Positions 28,346 through 41,945 of a stretch of 64,000 nucleotides of DNA are shown here, piece by piece. How positions within the stretch are numbered: position 1 is the stretch's first letter; the number at the start of each line of letters is the position of its first letter. The notes below the pieces were generated by a model. The model made no database searches. It worked only from the letters and a program-made list of their open reading frames with translations, and was not told the origin of the DNA. The DNA is from the human T2T-CHM13v2.0 reference genome, Homo sapiens: the NCBI RefSeq assembly GCF_009914755.1, contig NC_060928.1; one strand, given 5' to 3'. The position numbers and the translations under genes are program-made.

Positions 28346-29514
28346 AATACTTTAACATCTATGTGTGATATAGCAAATTGCATAGTGTTCAAATGATCTA
28401 AACCTAGATTCAAATCCTAGCTTTATAAAGTACTAACTTTGAGACTTTTGCATTATCACATTATCTACTGAAGATTTAATTTTGAAAATATAAAACTTTA
28501 TACAGTGGTAAAAATTAAATAGTACACAAAATTCAAGAAATACAAGCAAAGTATAGGAGACATTAAGGGCTAAATAGTGTGGGTTAGTTTCTAGCAACAA
28601 AAGTCTATTGAGAACTAAAATTAATAACTTGAGTCAATAGGTCTATCAGTCATCTTTAGATAAATTATGTTGTAGTAATAAAAAGTCAAAGAACCTCCTA
28701 GTATTATTTCCACAAAAGTTTAACTCGTTAATATTACATGTTCCTGTGGCAAAGCGATGGCTTTGCTCCATGCATTCTTTATTCCAGGATTTAGGCAAGG
28801 GGGCAGACCCCATTTGACATTCCAGCTGGCATTCCAGCTACAATGCTTCAGTGAACAAACAAGGATAAAAATCAACAGTGGCTCTTAAATCTCCTGCTAT
28901 CTATGACTTCTATTCATACTACATTGTTCAGAGTAAGTTAAAATGTGTATGATTTCTGTGAGGCAGCTAAATGGGAAGAAAAATATATCCTACAACAATT
29001 GTAAATGATACGTGTAATAAAAAAAATCAAATTCTAGGGTGGAAAAGTAATCAAGGAAGCCTCTGCATGGGATAAAATTTGATCAGCTGCATGGGAGGAC
29101 CAAAGGATATATGTAGAATGGAGATAGTATCTGGGGATAAAATTGATAGGGCCAGCCAGATGATAGAAATTTCTACTGTAGTATGCTTACTTATTGTAGC
29201 AGCCATCACCAACCAGCGCTGTCCAAGTTGCTTAATTTTGGCAATTAATTTAATAACTGAAATTCAGCAAGGACACACAGGAGCCTTTAGATATACAAAA
29301 AACACATCCTGGTTGTAGCCTTACACACAATGGCCATTCTACTTCAAATAAATTTCTAGGATTTGTCTATATCACTGAATCCCTACTTCATTTCTCTGAG
29401 CAGAAAATGCCTTTGATGGCTCAACGTATTTTCAAACTTCATATTTTATTACCTCTACTTCTCATACAAGTGAATCCCTACATATTTTTCAAGTAGTTGG
29501 TCCTACAGACTGAA

Positions 29515-29537
29515 TTTTTTTTTTTTTTTTTTTTTTT
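29515..29537. repeat. Poly-T tract
   Basis: About 23 T, direct observation. Confidence 0.95.
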
Positions 29538-31469
29538 GTATCTGAAAGAAACATTTTCTTTGGCAAAACAACATCTTGGGGTGGGGAGGGGGTTGGCTTT
29601 TAGACTCATACTCAAGTATGAGTGCTGGGATCTCTCTGGACCTACAAAATATCTTGAAATCTAATGTCATAAAGATAAAAAGCTATTGGATAAAATACTT
29701 TTGAGCAAGGGAAGAGCTCAAGACAAATAGTGGTTTAGAAAGATAGAACTAACAATGATATATAAAATAAATAAGGTGGGAATCTGGAGAGAGTGATCTT
29801 ATTATTGCATACCTACCAAGGTTGTGACCCATTGTTTCACTTAGTTGTGACAACAAAAATTATGGTGAAAAATTCTAAAGAGACTTTAATCTGTCAAGGC
29901 CAATTGCTGTCAAGTCCAATATTTTTAACTATTATAAGATTAATGGAAAAGTGGAGATTTTAGAATTAAGTCAAGGTTATATAATCATAATAGCCAGTGT
30001 TATTCTTAAGTGGTGTTACTGTTACGTAAATTCCTCTTGAATGTATAAACTTTGACGTATATATTAAATAGACAAATGAACGGATAAGTTATGAATAAGT
30101 CATAAAGAACTTTAAGAAAAAGTTATATAACTCGCAATACAAGATATGTAAAAGGTGATAAACAATAATATTAAATCACTTGCTTTCAAGGAATTTAGTA
30201 GTATTGATGGTTTGATTCATAATTTATGTGTTGTATTTTACATAAACTTCAAAACATGATAAGGTGCTTATAAAGAGTAAAATAATTATATAATTAGTGA
30301 TGTTATACCCAAAATGTGAGAAAAAGAAAGCTTTTAATTATCTAAAAAATTTGGTATATGGAATCTTTTGTCATTCCAGTCAAAAGAATTACCTAAATTC
30401 CCCATTTCCCACATAAAGTCATGCCACAGATAAAACCAAATCAGGTGCTTTTAGGAATTAACACTGCATCATTTGAAACACAAAAATAAAGACAATTATT
30501 TTTACTTTTTCATAACATACTAAAGAAAGAATAATCATTTCCCTTTGCTAAAAATGTCAGCAATGAAACCAGGCATATAATAGTATAAATTAGGAAAAAA
30601 AAGTTCAATGACATGAATTAGTTATCCAGCCAAAAATTATATAGAATTGTAGCTGAACACACTTATTTTGAAAAGAGTTCCGGAATGATGAATCTTAATA
30701 ATATCAATCAGCATGCATTTTAAAAATACAAATCCAACTGCAAGTAAAAATCGTAACTTTTTTTAAAAACTGGAACTATCTCAATAGATACAAATTTGTT
30801 CATGAAAATTTAAACAGGATATTGTTTCAATGGAAAACTGATTTCCAAAGAAGCAGTAATAAGTATTCTCATAAAATTATGAACAGCTAGCATCATCCCT
30901 ACTATAACCTTTCCAGAATATGAATATGTTGATTAATTGCATGAGACACCACACTTGAATTAGCCTTCTAAGCACAAAGATCTATACTTATGGTCAATCT
31001 AGCGCTACAGTCCAGCATGCCAAGTTTGGAATTTTATTTTATATGAACTTTTCTCTTTCACTCTTGTGAATGTTTCATTGGCAACTTTAGTATGTTAGAT
31101 GTTTAAAAAAAAAAGTTATAATCCTGAATGGCATGATATTTGAAATGTGGAAAATAGATATCTTTGAAAAATGTTTTTCAAATATTACTTTATAGTTGAT
31201 TAATACATGCCTTTATTGTTAATATCAATGTTTGAAGAATTGTACTGAAATAAAGTATTGTCATGTCACAGGATAAGGTCATTTTACTGTAGATAATACT
31301 TTTATCAAGGGCCTGGCCATTTGTTCTAAATTATCTTAAGAAAAAGAAAGATTTCAAAGATTTAAGTTCCTAGTCACTTATGCAAGCATGTCAAGTTATC
31401 ATCTATTTCTACTTCTGTTAAAGAAACCAATAAGTTGTGTATTTGCTATTACTATTTCCATCAAAGGGG

Positions 31470-31690
31470 AACCTGGAGTCGGAATGCCAGAATTTAAATG
31501 TCACCTTTGCTCTTTAGCAAAAAATGGCTGTCAAGACAATTGACTCAACCACTGTCAGTTTTTTTGCTTTTTCATTTTTTTCATACATATAAAGCCTTTA
31601 TTATACTCTGAATCTAAGATAAATGAGATAATACATGTAAAACTTTTACACAATGTGCCATATGCCTACCATTCAGTCAATGGCAATTAC
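31470..31690 (+). mobile_element. MIR SINE
   Basis: ctggagtcggaatgccag...aaatgagataatacatgtaaaactttt...aatgtgcc. Confidence 0.6.
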
Positions 31691-33324
31691 TATAAATTAA
31701 TATAGTAATATTAATTACTATAAATTAATATACCCTGATAATGTAAGTGGACCAACCAGGATTTATACTGGGGTCTGCCCCATTCTAACCCCCATTATCT
31801 CCCCACTGTACAACACTGCCTCCTGATAATAAATATCTCATCAATGAAACCGTCCTCTACAAAGGTTTGCTGAAGATAGTAATATTACATTTGAAAATAA
31901 AACTTAATTAGGACACTAAATTAAAAAGCTATCTTCTTAGTAATAGAATCGGTTATAAAAGGCCTCATCTAGTCTGTTTCCTCTGTAGCCAAGTCAGGTG
32001 AATTTGCTGGAGAAAAGAAATGCTGATGAGATGATGTGTTGACCCATTCTGTCTCCCTACAGACGGTCCCAGCTGGCATAGTGTGTACTTATTGTCCAAA
32101 TGAGACCCTATTTTGTTTTTTACTTTTTATTGTATCTCTCCTAGGAAATAAAAATATAAATGTTGCTGTTGTGTTATCTGCACAGAAAAAAGAAATTGGT
32201 GCCTGATGTTTGAGAGAAACAAATCCCATATGAAATCTTTCTCACATTAAAATAGAAGCGATGGATTATAACTGCAAATATAAACCAGGTGTCTGTCATC
32301 GTTTTTTATTCTAATCTCATTACAGGCACATGGAACTTTGAAGTCTGTCTTATACGGATAAAAAAATGTTTTAAATTTATTTGTATAAGCACACAGTTCC
32401 AAGGAATGTCTTACAAAGAGGAAGCGTGCTGGAATGGCAGAGACAGAGACACAGAAAGTGAAGCTCTATATCTTGCTGATACCTATAATATGCTAAAAAT
32501 ATCTGAATTTCAGACACTGGGGTCTATGTTTTGCTTACAAACAGAAGAAAAAGAATAGTGCATATTCATAGAAATGTTTTGAAGGAAACACCAAGAAAGG
32601 AAGTAAAGGAAAGAGACAAAGTTATAGTGTTTCAGCGTAATTCTAACTCTGAAATAAAAAAGAAACAGACAACATAGGGGAGATGCATGCCACAAAATAT
32701 CTTTAGGTCCAGGAAAAGGCTCTCTGTTTATTGTTACACCTTGTGCCCTAAATCTGCATATTCACTCTTCTATACAGCTGGATCTTTTGAGGAAACACAA
32801 GTTAACTCAAATACAGTTAACTTGTTGAAGGCATTACCTCAACATTTTTATTGCTTTTACACTTGTTTCATTCATTTATATTTAGATGGCATAAAGACAA
32901 AGGAAATACCACCAACATTAACATATTTGGATGAACAATATACAGAACTAAAATACACAGATCTGTATTTGGGATAATAAAATTAACAAAAGATTTGGAC
33001 AAAAATAATGAAGAAGAAAATAGTAATTAGTATCACCAATAGATGAGAGTCTCATGGATAAGGTACACAGTTGAAAAAAAAACCTGCAAGATTTATTCAT
33101 TTATTGTCTTTCACTTATTTATTTAAAAAAAATACCCATACTGACCATCTATCATATCTCTGGATTTATAGATAGATTTGGTTAAAAATACCTACCTTGT
33201 ATTTTGTGACTGTCATATACTTGAATCTATGAGTATGTGGCTTTAAGGTACTTGCGTAGTACAGCAAAAACCTGCAAGAAAATGTAAATAGGCCCCTATT
33301 TTGCTAATATTTATGCCTATGGTA

Positions 33325-33394
33325 AAGGGCTGTCATTAATACCTACCCTAAAATGACATGTGAAGGGCTGTCATCAATACCTACCCCAAAATGA
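33325..33394. repeat. Two-copy tandem duplication, period 38 bp
   Basis: aagggctgtcat(t/c)aatacctaccc(t/c)aaaatga at 33325 and 33363. Confidence 0.92.
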
Positions 33395-34386
33395 GCTTGT
33401 TACTCATGTTTTTTATGATGAAGATGATGCTGATAATGTTGACATTGATGATGTTGAGAAAGAGGAAGAGTACGTTGCTATATCATTCTCCCCCACAGGG
33501 TCACTTAGGTAGCTGTACAGGATGAGGTTGCCAACCTCAATAAGCTCATTATTCATAATTCAGTGGGACACACACACACACACACACCAATAAGTACAAA
33601 AAGCCCAACACCACAGATTTATGCAACTTTCTAGAGGCAAATAGAAATAAAAATGCCTAACTCTCTCAAACATTTTGTCTCACATATACAGTAATATTAA
33701 AACTATGAAGAAAAGACAGAAAGATAAGTACTTCTACATATTTGGTACATTTAGTACATTTTTTATGACTCCTTAGGAATTCACTTTTCTTCGGTTTACC
33801 ATTCCTTTCCTTCAGTTATTCCCCATATGGGAAAGTGTTAAGTTCTCTTATAAAACTTGTCAATTTCCTCTGCATATATTAGTGTTTGCTTATATTACTT
33901 TCAAGGTGTAATTTTATAAAAGAGTGCAATATTTAAGTGATGTTAAAGAGAACAGAAGAAATAACCATAAACCATATTTTTCTATGTACTACTCTTCCAT
34001 TATTATACCCAAAGGAAGTAACACAGGTAAAATCTGATAGATAATTAAACCTTACAAAAAGTTTAGAATGTTTTGGTCTCAGTTCATATGACGTGAAAAT
34101 GAATGTAACAGAGAAATATATCTGGGATGTGAATCATTCCCATGCAAAATAATTAAGATGAGAAAATCAAAACTTGATATCATTAAGGTGGAAACTGGCA
34201 TAGTGCTTTAAAAGAGAAATCTAAAAATTCCACTAATAAACCGTGAAAGAATGAGTATTTGCACTGTGTACAAACACGGAACACTTCAAACAACAAGTTT
34301 GTGGTGGCTCAGGAGCCTGTGACTACAAATATAAACTGCAAGTATAAATCATATTTCTATTCATTTGTAATAGAATTAATAGAATA

Positions 34387-34799
34387 CAGGTGACCCTTGA
34401 ACAACATAAATTTGAACTGTGTGGGTCACCACTTATACGTGAATTTTCGTCAGCCTCTAACACCCCTGAGACAGCAAGACCAATGGTCTCCTCTTCCTGC
34501 TTCTCTTCAGCCTATTCAACATGAAGGCGATGAAGTTGAAGACCTATATCATGATCCACTTTCACTTAATGGATAGTAAATATATTTTTTCTTTCCTACA
34601 ATTTTCTTAATATGTTTTCTTTTCTCTAGCTTGCTTTATCGTAAGGATACAGTATATAATACATATAACATACAAAATATGTGCTAATATATTGTTTGTC
34701 ATCTGTAAGGCTTCTGCTCAACAGTAGGCTATTAATAGTTAAGTTGTGAGACTTAAATACACAGCTCCCCTAAACCCTGTGTTGTTTAAGGGTCATCTG
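34387..34799 (+). mobile_element. Tigger2a/MER28-type non-autonomous TcMar DNA transposon
   Basis: TIRs caggtgacccttgaacaaca ... tgttgtttaagggtcatctg; TA target duplication at 34385-86 and 34800-01; internal cccctgagacagcaagaccaa. Confidence 0.92.
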
Positions 34800-35036
34800 T
34801 ATATGAGTGTGTATATTATAGGGATTTTTGTCCTAGCTTAAATAAACATGACTCCCTTTCAAATATCTCATTTCTAGAACCAGGGTGTTTTCATCACAGT
34901 GTAGGGATAGATTCCTTTTGACTCCTCCTACAGACATCTTCTTAAGCCCTCAGGGCGGATGTTCCACTACCAATTACCGTCTTGAGAACATTACTGTACT
35001 GAACACAGTCATCCTTTACAGGTCTCTCGTGCTTTA

Positions 35037-35342
<306 letters not shown>

Positions 35343-36368
35343 GTTGTTGGCTTACTTCTATTTTCACCTCAAGTAAGTAACCCTGCATCTCTCCGACTCC
35401 CACCCCCATAAAATATTCTGTCAGGGTCTTTGCCTCAATTACCCTTGAGAAACTGGAAAAAGAAAAAGCCTTGGAATGAAAAATTAAATGGAATGGTCTG
35501 GCTTTACGTTCAGAGATAATGACAGAGAACAACAAAAATATATAAAATAATTTATAAGTACTAATGTGTTTGTACAAGTCCAACCATTTCGGCAATGTTA
35601 CTAAGGAAGGTCTCCTGCTTAACTTTTCAATGCATCTCCAGTTTCCTAGAACACCAGCAAAATAACTAGACCAATGAATGCTCTAGCAACCCTCACCAGC
35701 TGCAGTGCTCCCAGCTGATCAGTCTTCCAATTCTCCAAGAAATCATATATTTTCAACTTTAATGCTAGCTTGAATATGAAATACAGCATTCACAAATCTT
35801 ATTAGTGCCATCTGCATTTAATTATTCACTTTCTTATCATGTAAATAAAGTTCACCTTTGTTGACCAAAAAGTGTGGAGGCACTTACAGGTTATACAGAC
35901 AATAAGATTTGACACATTGCTTTCTGAGTCCTCCAAATTATTTTGTTAAATTATTGAAATTATAAAAAATGTTTTAAAAGATAATAAATTCAAATCTTTG
36001 TATTGGAATGAGAATACGGGTGCAGTAGCTATTCAGTTACTTAGTTTCACCAACCTAATATCAGGGAATATGAGCTACATTTTTTTAAACTCCATTTCAC
36101 ATTTAGGTCAGCAGAAATGAAATGAATGTATTTTCTTGTGACCGTGTATTAAATGCAGAAAAAGATTTTGGGGAAAATAATGTATCTATAGCTTATAACA
36201 ATATGTTTCCATTTCAAATGCTAATGAACAATGGATACATTCTAGAAAAGTAGGAAAAAGGGAGATTAGTAATTATGGTTTTTGAGTGAGTGTATCCTAT
36301 AAACCATGCATCTGTCTACTGATCAAAGTTCTTACCATGAAAATTATATCAACTTTTAGGAGCCTGTG

Positions 36369-36728
36369 TCTATTAGCCTGTTCTCATGCTGCTAATAAAG
36401 ACAAATCAGAGACTGGGTAATTTGTAAAGAAAAGAGGTTTAATTGACTCACAGTTCCACATTGCTGGGGAGGCCTCACAGTCATGGCAGAAGGTGAAGGG
36501 GAAGCAACATATGTCTTACATGACAGCAGGCAATAGAGAGCATATGCAGGGGAACTCCACCCTAAAAAACCATCAGGCCTCGTGAGACTTATTCACTATC
36601 ACGAGAACAGCACTGGAAAGATCCCATGATTCAATTACCTCCCACTGGGTCCCTCCCATGAAACATGGGAATTATGGGAACTACAATTTAATATGAGATT
36701 TTGGTGGGGACACAGCCAAAGCATATCA
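36369..36728 (-). mobile_element. THE1B/C solo LTR (MaLR)
   Basis: gttctcatgctgctaataaagaca...gactcacagttccac...catgattcaattacctcccactgggtccctccca...ggggacacagccaaagcatatca; TSD ctgtg/ctgtt. Confidence 0.95.
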
Positions 36729-37129
36729 CTGTTCAATAAAAATTGTATTTAATATCATATATGCCTTTACTGGATGCCTCTAGGTCACTGCTGTTTTTGT
36801 ATTCTTGTGAGATTTCCTTTTCCAATAATGTCAGAATATTCTATTTTTACTTAGAATAGGGATGAAAGTTTCTTCCCCTCTATTATTGCTGAACTAATAC
36901 ATGTCAAGAATGACTAAATTAGCACTGATAATTTCAATAAAAATATTAGCTCTAAAAATTATAAGGCAAGGACAAAAATTGCAATATAACCTGTTTATTC
37001 TAATGCAGCATGTGCAAAGACCATTTTTTAAAGTCTGGTGAATTTAAATTCAATTTTTTACTGAGGTTCCCTTTTTCACAAGAGTTTGATTACTGAAAAA
37101 ATATCTACTTGTGGTAAGGAAGAAAAAAT

Positions 37130-37350
37130 AATATCTGTCAGGTACATAGCACATTCTAAAATCTCTATTGTGTTTTTCTTGTATTATCTCAGTATTTACA
37201 TGAAATTGAATTATTTAAGGAATGCATAATTACTAGAATATTTAGTTTAGAGGACAGAGTGCAAAAACTCAAAAATGCAATGAAACTAGTAAATGGAGAA
37301 GCTGATATTCAACTTAAGAGCCATGTGGCCCACAAATTTGTACTTTTTGT
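37130..37350 (-). mobile_element. MIR fragment
   Basis: atctgtcaggtacatagc...tgtattatctca...actagtaaatggagaagctgatattcaact. Confidence 0.5.
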
Positions 37351-38381
37351 GCTACATCAAAATGCTTCTTAAAAATAACAAAAAGCAACATTAATTTAGC
37401 AATAGTCAGTGTGACAGGTGTCTGTCATATTTTTTTTCTAAGGTTCACAAAACCCTGGAAGGCAAAATCTCTGATCTTTAGTTAAAAAATCGAATCAGAA
37501 TTTTCCATAATTATGGAGAGAAGCAGCTTTAGAGTATATTATAATTTCACAGAAGAAAATTGTACATTCTCTTTTTGGTCAGATTTCAATAGCAAATATA
37601 AATTATTCAGAATAGAAAAGGCTCAGAAAATATATTGTTATGTCCAAGAGTGTTTATCTATCTAAAGTATCAGAAGGAAGTCAGCTAAACTAGCAAATAT
37701 AGCAGAGATACCAACAACATTGTCCAACATCAAGGCTCAAGCTAGCTGTCCCCAAAAGCCCTGCCAGCAGGTAAATGTCGGAGCAAGAAAAGACCAAAAG
37801 ATCACATACAAACTTCACTTATTACTCTTCCTACAGTCCTCCACATATCATGTAGCCTTTTGGATACACTTTATCTTGCCTAAGAACAGGCCCGCAATCT
37901 ATGAATTACAAGAAGAGAGAGACGGGGAGGGAGACAGAGAACAATGTAATTTCTGGGAAAGAGTAAGCAGCACATATAGACAGCATGAAGACTACCCTTA
38001 TCCATCAATCTATCATTCTCAGACACTATAGGCTACAAGACACTGATTCAGGTACCTCCTGATCCTGATGCTGAAAAATAGAACAAAAGACAAACACTCA
38101 CTGTAACTTTGAGAGGCAAGCTAAATAGATATGGCATAGAAAGGTCATAGGTCTCATACAGCAAAAGGAAAATGGAGAAGATAGGTTAGAAAAAAAAAAC
38201 TCTGCGAAAAATTTTTGTTAGTGTTTTCACACATATTTATGATATAAACCCAATATCACTGTAAAACCTTTCCATTTTAAATAGATATTTTTCAGCTTCA
38301 GACATTTGGTGTCCACTTGTTGATAACATCCTTCCCACATTCATTATAATGGCTGTTAACTATAATGTTAATTATAATGAC

Positions 38382-38498
38382 TGTGTGTGCATGTGTGTGC
38401 ATGTTGTGTATATAAACATACACATATATATACATATATACACACATATTTATACACATATATACACACATATATTCACACACACACATGTATGCACA
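38382..38498. repeat. (TG)/(TA)/(CA) low-complexity tract
   Basis: Direct observation. Confidence 0.9.
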
Positions 38499-38499
38499 T

Positions 38500-39000
38500 T
38501 TATTCTATTCTATCCTTTATTAGATAGTTGTGCAATTTTTATCTCTGACTCAATTTCTCCTATTTTCTCAATTTGACAGTATCTTTTAAAATTCCAAAGT
38601 TTTTTAATCTTGATAAAATCCAACTTGTCAACATTTTTCTTTTATGGCTCATGATTTTGTTGTCACGTCACAGAAATATTTGAGTAATCCAAGGTCTCAA
38701 TGCTGTTTTCTATGTTTCTTTCAATAAATTATATAATTTAGATTTTTACTTGAGCAAATGATCCATTTGAGTTAATATGAGTTCTCAGTTGAGATCTTTA
38801 TTCTGCAATGTCCAAAATTTTTTAGCATCATTTGTTGAAAAGCCTATCCATCTTACAATATTGTTGACATTCAACTCACCATATATGTGTAGGTGGCTTT
38901 GTTTTTCTGTTCCATTAATCTACGTGTCTATCTTTTACCCTGTATCACATATCACAATGTCTTGTTTACTATAGCTTTGAAGTAAGTATTGAAATCAGGG
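38500..39000 (-). mobile_element. L1ME ORF2 fragment
   Basis: atccaacttgtcaacatttttcttttatggctcatg, atgatccatttgagtta, agcatcatttgttgaaaag, gtaagtattgaaatcagg. Confidence 0.75.
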
Positions 39001-39004
39001 TGCA

Positions 39005-39311
39005 TTTTTGTTTTTGTTTTGTTTTGTTTGAGACACGGTCTCACTCTGTTGCTCAGGCTGGAGTGCAGTGGCATGATTATTGCTCACTGAAACCTTGAAC
39101 TCCTGGGCTCAAGATGTGTTCCTTCCTGAGCCTACTGAGTAGCTGGGACTACAAGTAAGCAACATTATGCTCAGCTAGTATTTTTCTTTTTAATAGCAAT
39201 GAGGTCTCGCTATGTTGCCCAGGCTGGTCTTGATCTCCTGGTCTCAGGTTATCCTCCCGCCTTGGCCTCCCAAAATTCTGGGATTTCAGGTATGGGCCAC
39301 TGTGCTTGGCC
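39005..39311 (-). mobile_element. AluJ (Jo/Jr)
   Basis: (TTTTG)n tail, ccttgaactcctgggctcaag, gaggtctcgctatgttgcccaggctggtc. Confidence 0.93.
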
Positions 39312-39459
39312 CAGTAAGCATTTTGAAAGTTTACTCTAAAAATTCAAGCAGAAGAATCATAAAGAAAACCATGTCTTGGCACATTATAATCCTATTGCCA
39401 AGAAAACAAAAACAAAAAAAAAAGAGAGAGAGAGAGACATTATGCACACAGGAATAAAT

Positions 39460-39735
39460 ATATGCACAAATGACAGCACACTATTTATCAGAAACTATTC
39501 AATCCAGAAGCCAGTAGAACCAAATATTTAACATACTGGAAAAACAAACATGCATACAAAATTTGTGACCTAGAATTCTATATCCAGTGAAAATATATTT
39601 TTAAAATAATGGCTTTTTTTTCAGATGAACAAAAGCCTAGGGAATTTATTGTCGACATAGTGCAGGGAATTTGAAAGCATTTTTGCAAGCAGAAGGAAAG
39701 TAATACTAGATAGATCTACAAACTGGTAAGTCCAC

Positions 39736-39766
<31 letters not shown>

Positions 39767-41945
39767 GTATATCAAACACTGATAAAATTAAAATAACTTG
39801 AAAAATTCACAATTACATTAGGAAACTGTAATACTCCTCCAGTAGTTAATGAAACTAGAAAAACAACACTTTAAATATTATAATAAAAATATTATCGATG
39901 AGATTAAATACATTAACATTTATGGAAAGCTTTTCACAATAAAAAGTATTATTTTCAAGTGTACATATAACATTCACCAAGATCAATCAAATTTTAAGCC
40001 ATAAAATATGTCTCAATACATTTTACAATATATTTATACTAAGTATGTACTTGGACCCAAATATTATTAAAATAGATATTGACAAAAATCTGAAAATATT
40101 TTTAAATATTTGAACATTAACCAGTATAGTTATAAATAAACCTTGGCCAGAAAAAATAATAAATGAAATCACAAAAGAAATTATATGTATTCTAAACTAA
40201 AAGTAAAACAAAAATTTGGAGGATAAAGACAAAGCAATGCTTAATATAAACTTACAACTTAAAAAATAAGAATTGAAGAGAAAATTAGGTCTAAGATAAG
40301 CAAAAAGTAAGTTTATAATAAAGATAGAAGAGAAAAATCAATAAAATAGAAAATGGACAAAGGAAGAAAGTGAGACTGAAAGCTAATTCTTTGTAAATAT
40401 CAATAAAATTAATAAACCTCTAGCCTAACTGTTCAAGGAAACAAAAGAAAATATGAGTCACCAATATCAGAAATAAAAGAGAAAACCTTACAACAAGCTC
40501 TTTTAGACAATTAATGACCATGATTATTATAATGAATACACATGTCAATAAATTCCACTTAGTTGAAATGAAAAAATTTCTTGAAAACACTAAAACTTGT
40601 TCAAGAAGAAATAATCTGAATAGCCTTATTATGTTATTATGATTATGATTATTAAGATTTAGTAGATGAAATTCTTCCCTAGTAATTAAAATCTGGGCCA
40701 AGGTGATTTAATTGGTGATTTCTATCAAACATTTTTTAAAAGATAACTAATCAACACAATTCTACATAAATCACAACACTAACTCTACACAAATTCTTTC
40801 GGAAGATAAAAGAAGGAAACACTATCCAACTTATTTAATGAGGGCAGCATTATTCTCATACCCAAAATCAGAAAAAATACCTTATATAAAAGAAAACAGA
40901 CTTGTATTCTTCAGAATGATTAATAACATATACTTAACAATATTTTAACAAATTAAATATTACAGTATAGTAGGGGAAAAAACAACATAATGAATTAAGA
41001 TTCATCCTAAGAATACAGAGTAGTCTAACCCAAAATGAATCAATATATTTCAGCATATTTACTAACTAAATAAGAAAATAACGATTATCTCAACAGAATC
41101 ATGAAAATTTGTTTGTAAATAATTCAGCATTATTTCACGGTAAAACAAGAACTCAAAAAACTGGGAATGGAATAAAAGCCGAAGACACAAAGTCAATTAT
41201 CCCCAGGTGATTTTATGATCACTGGAATATCATTAGCCCTTAGGGCAATGCAATATTGAACCACAGTAAAAAACACAAAAAAATTCATTAGAATGCTTCA
41301 AATTTAAAATACTGACAACAGCAAAGATTTTTGAGATGTAAGAGTATTTTGAACTCGTGTGGCAATTCAAAATAAAGTATTTCTTAAAGAAACAGTTGGC
41401 AGTTCTTTATAAAGTTAAATATATATTTATTATGTGACCCAACAAACTGATTTTAAGGTATTTTTCCAAATAATCACAAATATATGCCCATAATAAATGG
41501 TCATATCCATATATTCATTATATATTTATTCACTAGAAAGAAATAAAAAATAACCCAAATAAACATCACTAACAAATGGATAATTTGTTATTTAATTGTG
41601 GTATACCATGAATTAGAATACTACTCACCAATAAAAAACAAACAAACTCAAGGTAAAGGCACCATCAATAAATCTCAAAAGCATGCTAAAAAGAAACCAG
41701 ACACAAAAGGATATATACTGTATGGTTCCATGTATATGAAAAACTAGAAGCTGTGTTAATGGTAGCTTGGGCGCAAGGATGGAAGAAAGGTACTGACCAA
41801 AAAGAGCAAAAATCCACTTTTCGGGGTGATGAAAATGTTCTATATGATTGCACCACTCTATGTACATTTTAAAACACATTAAATAACATCCTTGCAATGT
41901 ATACATTTTATTTCATGTACAGTATTCCTTAATGAAGCTCTTAAA
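39460..41945 (+). mobile_element. Internally deleted L1ME (ORF1 end, ORF2 pieces, 3' UTR)
   Basis: cctagaattctatatccagtgaaaatat, acattcaccaagatc, caataaaattaataaacctctagc, aagaaaccagacacaaaaggatatatactgtatggttccat, ggggtgatgaaaatgttctatat. Confidence 0.82.

Noticed and set aside
29578-29596. G-rich run as a G-quadruplex
   Set aside because: Only three runs of three or more G plus a GG, so not a canonical three-tier motif.
33410-33470. gat/gaa-rich stretch resembling an acidic coding segment or pseudogene
   Set aside because: Short decayed trinucleotide low-complexity sequence with no flanking ORF, poly-A or TSD.
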